The notes under the pieces were generated by a model, which did not search any database, was not told the origin of the DNA, and saw only the letters and a program-made list of their open reading frames with translations. Source: Nanobdellota archaeon (GTDB lineage Archaea; Nanobdellota; Nanobdellia; SCGC-AAA011-G17; UBA489). Taken from it: DNA of 35,149 bases. Positions 23,881-32,400 of this stretch are shown one piece after another. A program made the position numbers and the translations under genes. Position 1 is the stretch's first letter. Every line of letters starts with the position of its first letter. Location: NCBI GenBank assembly GCA_038045925.1, contig JBBSXE010000052.1:1-35149 (forward strand), in the 5' to 3' direction.

Positions 23881-24756
23881 ATGTTTGAATCCCTTCGCCA
23901 AGAATTAGAACATTGTCCTTTGCTTACGAACAAAGAAACGATCATCACGCATTTGAGCCATCTTTTGAAAAAAGCGATAGGAAAGTATGAATGCCCAGGC
24001 ATTGCGTTCTCTGGAGGCCTCGATTCAAGTGTATTAGCTTTGCTGGCGAAAGATCCGATGCTGTACACGATTGCTTTGGAAAATTCTTCCGATGTTATCT
24101 GGTCATTAGATGTAGCAAAAAAATTAGGACTTAGGATTACAACAAAAATTTTATCGTTGGACGAAGCTGAACAGATTATCAAAAAAGTTGTTCACCTGCT
24201 GCAGAGCACTGACGTCACGCATGTCGGCATTGGATGCGTTGTCTATGCAGTCTTGGAGATGGCAAAAAAAGACGGCGTTACCCTTGTTCTTGGAGGGTTG
24301 GGAGCTGAAGAAATTTTTGGAGGCTATCTTCGCCATATTGATTATGGAAAAGACCTTGAAAATATCCACGAACGCCTCTGGGATGGCTTACGAGATATGG
24401 AGACTCGCGATTTTGCCCGTGATCTGCCCATTGCAAAGCACTTTAACATTGAGTTGCAAGCTCCGTTTCTTGATGAGTCTCTCGTCAGATATGCGATGCA
24501 AATCCACCCCAGCTTGAAAATCAACCATGAACGACGGAAAATTATTCTCCAGGAAACTGCTTTTCAGCTTGGTTTGCCACGAGAAGTTGCGTTTCGCAAG
24601 AAAATCGCGGCGCAATACAGCAGCAAGTTTGACCGTGCTATCCATCGTTTAGCAAAGAGAAATGGCTTCAGATTAAAGAAAGACTATCTGCAGTCGCTGT
24701 TAAAAAAGAAAAAAGAAAAAAACTCCAAAACTGAGGAGTCGATCGCTAAAGCGTGA
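23881..24756 (+). CDS. Asparagine-synthetase-C-terminal-domain-like PP-loop ATP pyrophosphatase, lacking the N-terminal glutaminase domain
   Basis: GIAFSGGLDSSVLALLA is the SGGxDS PP-loop, LGGLGAEEIFGGY is the AsnB motif G-x-G-A-D-E-x-F-G-G-Y, and APFLDESLVRYAM...LQETAFQLGLPREVAFRKKIAAQ matches the AsnB C-terminal region. The ATG at 23881 has CATTTAAAAGC about 28 nt upstream; the track start 23791 is TTG. Confidence 0.8.
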   Translation: MFESLRQELEHCPLLTNKETIITHLSHLLKKAIGKYECPGIAFSGGLDSSVLALLAKDPMLYTIALENSSDVIWSLDVAKKLGLRITTKILSLDEAEQIIKKVVHLLQSTDVTHVGIGCVVYAVLEMAKKDGVTLVLGGLGAEEIFGGYLRHIDYGKDLENIHERLWDGLRDMETRDFARDLPIAKHFNIELQAPFLDESLVRYAMQIHPSLKINHERRKIILQETAFQLGLPREVAFRKKIAAQYSSKFDRAIHRLAKRNGFRLKKDYLQSLLKKKKEKNSKTEESIAKA

Positions 24757-24952
24757 GCAAAATTATTTTCTACTTCGCTTTGCTGAACTTTTTTTAGCCA
24801 TTGACGCGCACCTCTTTTTTTATAAGAGATATATAGATGAACTTGCTTATTAATATTTATATTGAAGAGTATGTATATTGAGCAAGAAAGAAAATTTTTT
24901 AGTAAAAAAGAGAAATATTTATGAAGACACCTTCTCAAAAACATTTCATGAA

Positions 24953-25423
24953 CTATCGACTTATTGCCTTGAGATCTGCCGGTCTTACTTCATCGATGTA
25001 AGGGATAACTGCTTCTTTAAAACAAACACCCACTCCACCCCCTAAATACTTAGAATCTCTTTTTAATGCGGTAAGAATTGTTTCAGTATTTTTTGGATCT
25101 GCAACAACCATGATATTTCGTAGCGGCATTCTCATCGATTCATAGAGAGTGTTCCACATGACTGGTGTTTTTGCCGCATAATCATGGCTTATCAAGGGCA
25201 CCGTATATCCTTGTAAATCCTCTAGCCTAATGCCCGTTACATCATTCTTTTTTGGAAGTTTTGCTATCTTCACTACCTTGCTTTCTAATAACCTGATAAG
25301 GCCTTTTTCCATACTACTTCTTATTTGATTTAAGGCTGTAAAAGCGTTTTCTTGAACAGCCTTCCCCTTCAAGCACCATACAAGGATACAAATCCCTTTT
25401 ATTATAAGACCTGCACTCGCCAT
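24953..25423 (-). CDS. Shikimate-dehydrogenase N-terminal (substrate-binding) domain-like protein lacking the NAD(P) domain; possible gene remnant
   Basis: PLISHDYAAKTPVMWNTLYESMRMPLRNIMVVADPKNTETILTALKRDSKYLGGGVGVCFKEAVIPYIDEV...ADLKAI parallels AroE (G-x-P-I-x-H-S-x-S-P-x-x-H-N...G-x-N-V-T-x-P-x-K...D...A-x-x-I-G-A). The ORF stops there, and no Rossmann domain is found in any frame downstream. Confidence 0.4.
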   Translation of the reverse strand: MASAGLIIKGICILVWCLKGKAVQENAFTALNQIRSSMEKGLIRLLESKVVKIAKLPKKNDVTGIRLEDLQGYTVPLISHDYAAKTPVMWNTLYESMRMPLRNIMVVADPKNTETILTALKRDSKYLGGGVGVCFKEAVIPYIDEVRPADLKAISR

Positions 25424-25503
25424 CACGGTTAAATCTTCGAATGGAATATATGAATTGATATATGTATTTAAGAATGATGAAGCTTCTTGTCTGTTATACT
25501 TAT

Positions 25504-25980
25504 TTAACCGCTACTCAATTCCGCACTTCCAAATAAGACACCAAATGCCCTACACCAGATCAGTGCGTAGTTATATTTTTTCAAGTCAACTTCTTTTGGG
25601 ATTTCATACTGCTGATTACCGATGTTGCCTTTCAGTGCACCAAGATCTACGAATGCTGTTGCTTTTTTATCTGTAGAGAGGTATAATTTCAAATCCGGAC
25701 CGTTAGTGCTCTCAAAATTCTCCAGGACAAGATATCGTTTCGTGTCTTTTTCAATAATTTTCGCTGCTCCTCTTACTTGGTGAAACGAATCTGCTCCTGC
25801 AAATTTTCCTTGCAAGGTCAATTTTATAGAAGCATCTTGATTTTTTTGATTTATGTCTGGAGCTGTCAGAATTTCTTCATTGACGACCTTATCAATAAAC
25901 AACGGCGATGCGAGATACCATGCCGCGATACTTGTAGCTATTATTCCCAGCACAATTAAGAATTTGTGCTGTTGTTTCAT
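25504..25980 (-). CDS. DM13-domain protein with N-terminal TM/signal anchor
   Basis: GKFAGADSFHQVRGAAKII...LVLENFESTNGPDLKLYLS...LGALKGNIGNQQYEIP...YNYALIWCRAFGVLFGSAEL fits the DM13 pattern. CATTTAAATCC lies about 25 nt upstream. Confidence 0.75.
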   Translation of the reverse strand: MKQQHKFLIVLGIIATSIAAWYLASPLFIDKVVNEEILTAPDINQKNQDASIKLTLQGKFAGADSFHQVRGAAKIIEKDTKRYLVLENFESTNGPDLKLYLSTDKKATAFVDLGALKGNIGNQQYEIPKEVDLKKYNYALIWCRAFGVLFGSAELSSG

Positions 25981-26119
25981 GAAAGAACGATAGCTTTTGG
26001 ATTTAAATGGCTTTTGTTTATGTTTTCTCAGTTGTTTTACAAGAGGAGTAGAAGATAGAGACTTATATTTCGATACATCGGTAATTTTTTTGAGATTTAA
26101 CTATATACCAAGAAGAATA

Positions 26120-26192
26120 AGCGCCGGGCAGGATTTGAACCTGCGAATGACCGCTCTGCAGGCGATAGTGTTAACCGCTTCACCACCGGCGC
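26120..26192 (-). tRNA. tRNA-Cys (GCA)
   Basis: The reverse complement GCGCCGGTGGTGAAGCGGTTAACACTATCGCCTGCAGAGCGGTCATTCGCAGGTTCAAATCCTGCCCGGCGCT folds as a cloverleaf. It has a 7-bp acceptor stem, anticodon loop CTGCAGA, T arm GCAGG-TTCAAAT-CCTGC and discriminator U73 (a CysRS identity element). There is no encoded CCA. TTATATAAA lies about 28 nt upstream. Confidence 0.9.
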
Positions 26193-26218
26193 ATAAAAGA
26201 AGAAACAAAGAAATTGAT

Positions 26219-26938
26219 TTATATAAGTTTCTCCCTTTCTAAAAGAGAAATACGAGGTATATAATAGCCTAATTTTTTCCATAGTAAATATTTCGTGAGA
26301 CTATTTCTATTGCTAAACCCTATTTCCCTCATCCATTTTTCTAATTTATGCTCGCCGCTGAGATAGATTTTAAAATCCCCATACTTCGTTTTCATAATTT
26401 TTGCCTCGAATTTATTTTTATTTAATAGATCAAATACCTGATAAGCGAGTAACTGGCTCGATGTTCGAAGCTCTATTCGCGGATATGTAGGATAATTATT
26501 TTCTTTGCTTTTCGAGAAATAAAGAGAGCCATCAGATTCGAAAATACCTCTAAGAACATGTTTTGCAATTTCCCAGGAAATAGTGAATCTTTTTGGTATC
26601 TTAACAATAAAGGTTTTATTTCCATAATCGAGATCAGCATCTTCCACAAGGAAAGAAATAAATGCTTTGCTATAAATAAGCAATTCCAAACCAAAGCCTT
26701 TTTTATGTTTTCTCGATTGTATTACTGGTTCTTTTCCAGTCAATTTGAAAATAATATTTTTTAATCTCATAAAATACTCGATGTCTTGAGAAACATCTCC
26801 AACAACTATAAGCCTATAAAACTTATCTTGATAGCGATAAAGGATATTTCCATCTCCTATGATAACCCCAACAAGTTCTGCAAATTCAGGCATGAATGCG
26901 TAAGCAAGCCTCTTAATTTCATGTTGCGAAAACTGCAT
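26219..26938 (-). CDS. Free-standing double-motif LAGLIDADG homing-endonuclease-like protein
   Basis: There are two LAGLIDADG-type motifs, FAELVGVIIGDGNI and VLRGIFESDGSLYF, about 100 aa apart. TATTTAAAGA lies about 27 nt upstream of the ATG at 26938. The stop codon lies inside the TATA box of tRNA-Cys. Confidence 0.8.
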   Translation of the reverse strand: MQFSQHEIKRLAYAFMPEFAELVGVIIGDGNILYRYQDKFYRLIVVGDVSQDIEYFMRLKNIIFKLTGKEPVIQSRKHKKGFGLELLIYSKAFISFLVEDADLDYGNKTFIVKIPKRFTISWEIAKHVLRGIFESDGSLYFSKSKENNYPTYPRIELRTSSQLLAYQVFDLLNKNKFEAKIMKTKYGDFKIYLSGEHKLEKWMREIGFSNRNSLTKYLLWKKLGYYIPRISLLEREKLI

Positions 26939-27089
26939 CTTGTAAATAATTTTTCTTATCTTTAAATAGTCTCTGGGGGTAGGTGAGAAGTGTAAGCATT
27001 GTTTTCAATGTATATTTAGAAGTTTTCCGGAATATTCGGAAGATTTTCGAGAGTCAGTAAAGAACGATATTTTCGATATTGTTTCGTCT

Positions 27090-27914
27090 CTATTCCAGCA
27101 AATGTTCTTTGTGCACAAACAAGCTCCTAACAAACCAATACATCGCATAGAGCTCAAACGCAAAAGGAAAGTAGCCTAAATATCCCAGAATCGGCATTTC
27201 AAAAATTTTAAAGAATCCGACAAACGGCACATCATAGATCCATTTCGGCACAGCCCAATAATTCCAGAACTCCCAGAAAAAACCAAGAATAATGCCTGCA
27301 AGCAGCAACGTCAAAGGCAATGTGAGATCTTTGCGCTTTATATGACCGAGAATGCTTGGCTGATGGTGGAGATAATTGATCGGATCCAAGAGCAAAAAGA
27401 AGCTCAACCAAACAAGAGGAAATGCGAATTTCGGCAGCAAAAGTGGAAGAAAAAAACAAACAAGGCCGAATCCCATCACAACATGTAAAAAATGTTTTGT
27501 TATCTTATGTTTTTTGTGCAATGTTTTATGCTCAAACAAATGCACTGTTCTGATAAGCTCAACAGTCTCAAAGAATGCTGGGAGCACCGTCGCAAAAGAA
27601 ATCGTTCCCATCATTCCCGCGAATCGTCCAAGATCATCTAATCCTTGATATTGCCAGTTATTTGTTGCAATATTCAAAAACTCAAACACCCGCCAAAACA
27701 GCGCAGAAATGACAATCATGCCAAGAAACTGAGAAAACCGATTGCTGATGAGTGAATTGCCTCGTAACTTATACACGAGTGCGTCAACGACCAAGATATA
27801 ACCCATCCATACCAGAGGAAAATACCAGCTTGCAAACGGCTCGATTTTGAAAAAGAAATTCAGTTCAACAAGCACAATAAGGAGTATTCCCAACAGCCCA
27901 TATTTTCGAAACAT
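27090..27914 (-). CDS. Polytopic integral membrane protein, unknown family
   Basis: About 8 hydrophobic helices. The motif W-x2-F-E-F-x5-7-W-x-Y occurs twice (FWRVFEFLNIATNNWQY and FWEFWNYWAVPKWIY). The ATG at 27914 has AATTTATATAC centred about 27 nt upstream. Confidence 0.7.
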   Translation of the reverse strand: MFRKYGLLGILLIVLVELNFFFKIEPFASWYFPLVWMGYILVVDALVYKLRGNSLISNRFSQFLGMIVISALFWRVFEFLNIATNNWQYQGLDDLGRFAGMMGTISFATVLPAFFETVELIRTVHLFEHKTLHKKHKITKHFLHVVMGFGLVCFFLPLLLPKFAFPLVWLSFFLLLDPINYLHHQPSILGHIKRKDLTLPLTLLLAGIILGFFWEFWNYWAVPKWIYDVPFVGFFKIFEMPILGYLGYFPFAFELYAMYWFVRSLFVHKEHLLE

Positions 27915-27949
27915 GATTATTTGACACAAGAAGAAGTATATAAATTATT

Positions 27950-28405
27950 TTACTTTCCTGCTCTTATGCGTAAGAGGCAGTAGATGAGCAACGGCCCGGC
28001 AATAAGCAGACTCCAACCAAGAATAACGACGAAGTTTATGCCAAACAATGCAATTGAACTAAATGGAATGGTATACGCCCAATCACCAGCAGTCGTTCCT
28101 GGTATCTCCCAGAGCAGTATTCCTGTAACCATGGCCATCACAAACGCGAATATATTGTTTTTTAGCACTGTGAAAAAAAAGACATATGTTTCTCGAAAAG
28201 ACATTAAAATAAATGGGTAGAATAGTGGTGCCGTACTAATCAGCGTGCTCGTCGACAAATAAGGGTAGCTCCGGAAATCAAGCAAGGCATTGCCGATAAG
28301 TTCAATAAGCGAACCATAGATTGCTAATAAAGCATACAGAGAGAAAAAAGCCCGTACTTTCGTTTCAAAAGCAAATCCAAGGTTGTTTTCTTTTTTCGCA
28401 ACCAC
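27950..28405 (-). CDS. Integral membrane protein related to the halves of the downstream 27090..27914 protein
   Basis: About 4 TM helices. LLWEIPGTTAGDWAYTIPF repeats the W-E...W-x-Y-x-x-P-F motif of the neighbouring gene. Confidence 0.6.
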   Translation of the reverse strand: MVAKKENNLGFAFETKVRAFFSLYALLAIYGSLIELIGNALLDFRSYPYLSTSTLISTAPLFYPFILMSFRETYVFFFTVLKNNIFAFVMAMVTGILLWEIPGTTAGDWAYTIPFSSIALFGINFVVILGWSLLIAGPLLIYCLLRIRAGK

Positions 28406-28584
28406 GAAAGCATATCAAAAAATAGCCACACACCAATAACTGCAGGATAATACCAATAATGATTTTTTATAACTACAAATGAACAGATACAATCATCAGA
28501 AGAAAACATACGACAATAGAAAATGTTCGCATAAGACCCACCTACGTAATTCTGAGCGACATTGTGTTGAGAATATATCTCTTG

Positions 28585-29169
28585 CTAGCCTGTAAATAAT
28601 CCCTTAAACCAACTAATAATCTTTGAGAAGAATCCGCTTACTTCGCTGCCGATGTTTTTGTTTCCGTCTGCTCCACTCTTATCGCTTGTTTCGCCAGTTT
28701 TTGCCTCATCATCATCTGTTTTCTTCGTTGGAGGCGCAGGACCATTTTTCCCTTCGAATGCTGGATCAACACGGACGACTAATGCTGATTTCTCAAGCAA
28801 GAGTTGCGCAGTCGATTTTTCTCTGCCATCTTTGACAATGATCAACGCAGTTTTTGTTTTGTCATCCCATGCGTCTTCAGCAGTGCAGGTTTTCTTTTCC
28901 TTTCCTGTTGCTGGATCTGTTGCCGTGGTGCAATTGCGCTTCGGATAGAAGCGGAGCTTATAACTTTTTAGAACAGCTTCTGCATCATCTTTCGTTACAG
29001 TATCAACAAATGTGGCAGAAACAAATCCCTGCAAGAGTGCCGGATCATCGAATGCCGTTAGCATTTTCGCTATTTTTTCCGGAGACTGCTGGGCGGAGAT
29101 TGATATTGGTGAGAGGAGCAGAACACTCAGTAAGAATACAGTAATAATTCCATATAGACTCTTTTTCAT
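28585..29169 (-). CDS. Secreted hypothetical protein
   Basis: Signal peptide MKKSLYGIITVFLLSVLLLSPISISAQQ. The C-terminal region is charged and low in complexity. CTATTTAAAGAT (reverse complement of 29193-29204) lies about 29 nt upstream. Confidence 0.65.
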   Translation of the reverse strand: MKKSLYGIITVFLLSVLLLSPISISAQQSPEKIAKMLTAFDDPALLQGFVSATFVDTVTKDDAEAVLKSYKLRFYPKRNCTTATDPATGKEKKTCTAEDAWDDKTKTALIIVKDGREKSTAQLLLEKSALVVRVDPAFEGKNGPAPPTKKTDDDEAKTGETSDKSGADGNKNIGSEVSGFFSKIISWFKGLFTG

Positions 29170-29234
29170 TGCTTCTTTTTTGTGCGTTTCTCCTATTTAA
29201 AGATTACGCAACTCGAATATACAAAAATAAAGAG

Positions 29235-29321
29235 CGGGCCCGAAGAGATTTGAACTCTCGACCCCTAGCTTGCTTCATGATTTAGAAGGCTAGTGCTCTA
29301 TCCAGGCTGAGCTACGGACCC
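29235..29321 (-). tRNA. tRNA-Arg (UCU) with a 12-nt intron at the canonical 37/38 position
   Basis: The reverse complement is GGGTCCGTAGCTCAGCCTGGATAGAGCACTAGCCTTCTA[AATCATGAAGCA]AGCTAGGGGTCGAGAGTTCAAATCTCTTCGGGCCCG. The cloverleaf closes only if about 12 nt (plus-strand 29271-29282) are removed. CTTC of the anticodon loop pairs with GAAG of the intron, giving a relaxed bulge-helix-bulge. TTAAATAA lies about 27 nt upstream. Confidence 0.85.
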
Positions 29322-29462
29322 ATGGCATTTTTCCCTTCTATTTGCTTATTTAAGCTTTTGCAGAAAACGTTTGATTATCTAAAGAGCGTTCTTTAACGTC
29401 TAAATGAAGCGCATCTATTGGTTACAACAAGTTTTAAATAATCTCTTTATTCTTTGCAAAGG

Positions 29463-32400
29463 ATGGATTTCAAATCGCTTGAAAAAAAATGGCAGCAGCG
29501 CTGGAAACAAGCAAAGGTTTTTACTGCTTCAGCGGCTGGTAAAAAAAAGTGGTTTAATTTAGAGATGTTCCCGTACCCCTCAAGCACGGGGTTGCATATG
29601 GGACACGCCTTTAACTATGTTCTCGGCGACATTTACGCGCGCTTCAAACGGATGCATGGCTTCTCCGTTCTCTATCCGATGGGCTACGACGCCTTTGGCC
29701 TGCCTGCAGAAAATGCTGCCATCAAGGCAAACAGCCATCCTAAACCATACACTGAACAAGCGATCAAGAATTTTATTGTGCAGCAACAAGCGCTCGGTTT
29801 AAGCTATGACTGGGAACGGATAATCACCACCTGCGATCCAGATTATTATCGCTGGAATCAGCTCCTCTTCCTTCATTTTTTTAAAAAAGGCCTGGTCTAT
29901 AAAAAAAAAGCAAGCGTCAACTGGTGCTCGCAATGCACAACGGTGTTGGCAAATGAGCAAGTGCATGGAGGAGCATGCTGGCGCCATCAAGAGACTCTCG
30001 TTGAAATCAAGCAATTAGAACAATGGTTTATCAAAACAACTGTGTATGCAGACGAGCTGTTGGACACCATTGATGATTTAGACTGGCCAGAACGGATTAA
30101 GCAGATGCAGAAAAACTGGATTGGTAAAAGTGAAGGTGCCGAGATTGTGTTCGACGTTGCGACTGAGTCTAATTTCGTTCTTCTTCATGGTTATACAGGC
30201 AGCGCGGAAAAAAATTTCTTTCCTTGGCTTAAAAAAGAACTCGAACGCAGTGGTCATGCAGTTTTCGCTCCAAATTTACCAAATACCAGCAATCCAAATA
30301 TTTCAGAACAAGTAGGCTACGTACTAAAAAACTACACGTTCGACGAACATACTGTTCTTCTTGGCCATAGCTTAGGAAGTGTTGTTGCGTTGAAAATTGT
30401 AGAGCAATTGAAAAACCCCATAAAAAAATTAGTTCTCGCGGCAGGATTTGCGCAGCCAAAATTCAAAGATAAAGAACGACCGTTTGAAACAACGTTTGAC
30501 TGGCAGTTCGATTTCAACAACATAAAAAAGAATGTGAAACATATCGTAATCTTGCGAGATATAAAAGATTCAGCGGTTCCTGCAGAAAAAGCCGACTATC
30601 TCAAAGAGAAGATTGGCGGCGAGATTATTGATTTCGTTGCGGAAAGAAGTCATATTTGCGGAGAACAGGAGCCAGAAGTGCTAAACACTTGCTTGGAGCG
30701 ATGGCATGTTTTTACCACGCGCCCAGATACATTATTCGGTGTCACATTTTTAGTTGTCGCAGCACAGCATCCAGAACTCATGTCCTTAGTGACTCCACAG
30801 CAAAAAAATGCAGTAAACTCCTTTCTGAAAAAGCTCAACACAACAAAGCAGGAAGATCTCGATAAAATGGAAAAAGAAGGTGTCTTTATCGGATCCTATG
30901 CAATTCATCCACTCACAGAAGAAAAAATTCCGATTTATACAGGAAATTTTGTCGTTGTGGACTATGGTTCTGGCATAGTGATGGCAGTACCTGCGCATGA
31001 TCAGCGTGATTTTGAGTTCGCGAAAAAATATAGCATTCCGATAAAGATTGTGATCCAACCAAAAGAAAAAAAGCTTGATGTGAACTATTTGCAAGAAGCA
31101 TATACGCACGAGGGCATATTGGTCAACTCACGTCAATTCAATGATCTTCCAACCGCGGCAGCAAAGGAAAAGATTGTACACTTCCTTACGCAACAAAAAA
31201 AAGGAAAAAAAACAACACAATACAAACTCCGTGATTGGCTCGTGTCTCGTCAGCGCTATTGGGGAACGCCCATTCCGTTCATTCATTGCAGCCATTGCGG
31301 CCTTGTTCCTGTGCCTGAAAAAGATCTTCCCGTCCTGCTTCCGGAAAATGTTACATTTGGCAAAGGCAATCCTCTGGAGACAAATAAAGAGTTTGTTCAC
31401 ACGCATTGTCCAACCTGTAAAAAGCCAGCAAAACGAGAAACAGATACCATGGACACGTTTTTTGATTCATCGTGGTATTTTCTCCGCTTTACAGATCCAA
31501 CGAATGGAAAACAACCTTTTGAAAAAAAGAAAGCTGATTCTTGGATGCCTGTTGATTTCTATGTTGGCGGAGCAGAACATGCCTGTGGTCATTTAATTTA
31601 TGCGCGCTTCTTTACCAAAGTTTTGCGCGATCTTGGTCTTGTCACGTGCGATGAACCCTTCAAAAAACTTTTCAACCAAGGGATGCTGCACGGAGAAGAT
31701 GGTCATGTGATGTCAAAATCCCGCGGTAATGTCATTAATCCGTTAGAGGTGATTGAACAATATGGTGCAGATACGCTACGGATGTTTTTAGTTTCAGTTG
31801 CTTCTGCAGACAAAGATATGATCTGGAGTACTGAAGGCATTGTGAGCGTGCATAAAGTGCTGCAAAAACTTATTACACTCTTTGCAACGATGACTATAAC
31901 CACGTCAAGCAAGCGACTCGAAAGCAAACTTCATCAAACCATCAAAGAAGTAACACAGTATACTGAAGCGATTAAGTATAATCTTGCCGTGATCAGCTTG
32001 CGCACCTTTATCGATGATCTTGGAAAGGAAAAAACAATTGCGAAGCATGACGCAGCAGCGTTTTTGAAACTCCTACATCCTTTTTGTCCGCACATCACTG
32101 AAGAACTATGGGAAAAGCTGAAAAATAAACAAGTGATAACATTAGAATCGTGGCCAGTACATCAAGAGAAAAAAATAAATCAAAAAATTGATGCAGCAGA
32201 GAAATTTATTCAGGCAACAACTGCAGACATCGCGAATATCCTCAATCTCATCAAGATCAAACCACAAACAATTACGTTGTTCATTGCAGAATCATGGAAA
32301 TATCCGCTCTTCAAAAAACTCCACACCGAAAAAACCAGAGATTTCTCAGCACTCATGAAAAAATTTGCAGACAAAGAAAAAGGTCAGGACATTGCAAAAA

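Noticed and set aside
25997-26282. ORFs 25997..26242 (+) and 26097..26282 (-).
   Set aside because: They overlap the tRNA-Cys gene and its promoter and are spurious.
30159-30701. An intein or a mis-assembly as the explanation for the extra segment in leuS.
   Set aside because: There is no Cys/Ser/Thr at the N-terminal junction, no terminal H-N followed by Cys/Ser/Thr, and no homing-endonuclease motifs. The segment has alpha/beta-hydrolase motifs and the reading frame is continuous. A chimeric assembly cannot be excluded without reads, but an in-frame join on both sides by chance is unlikely.
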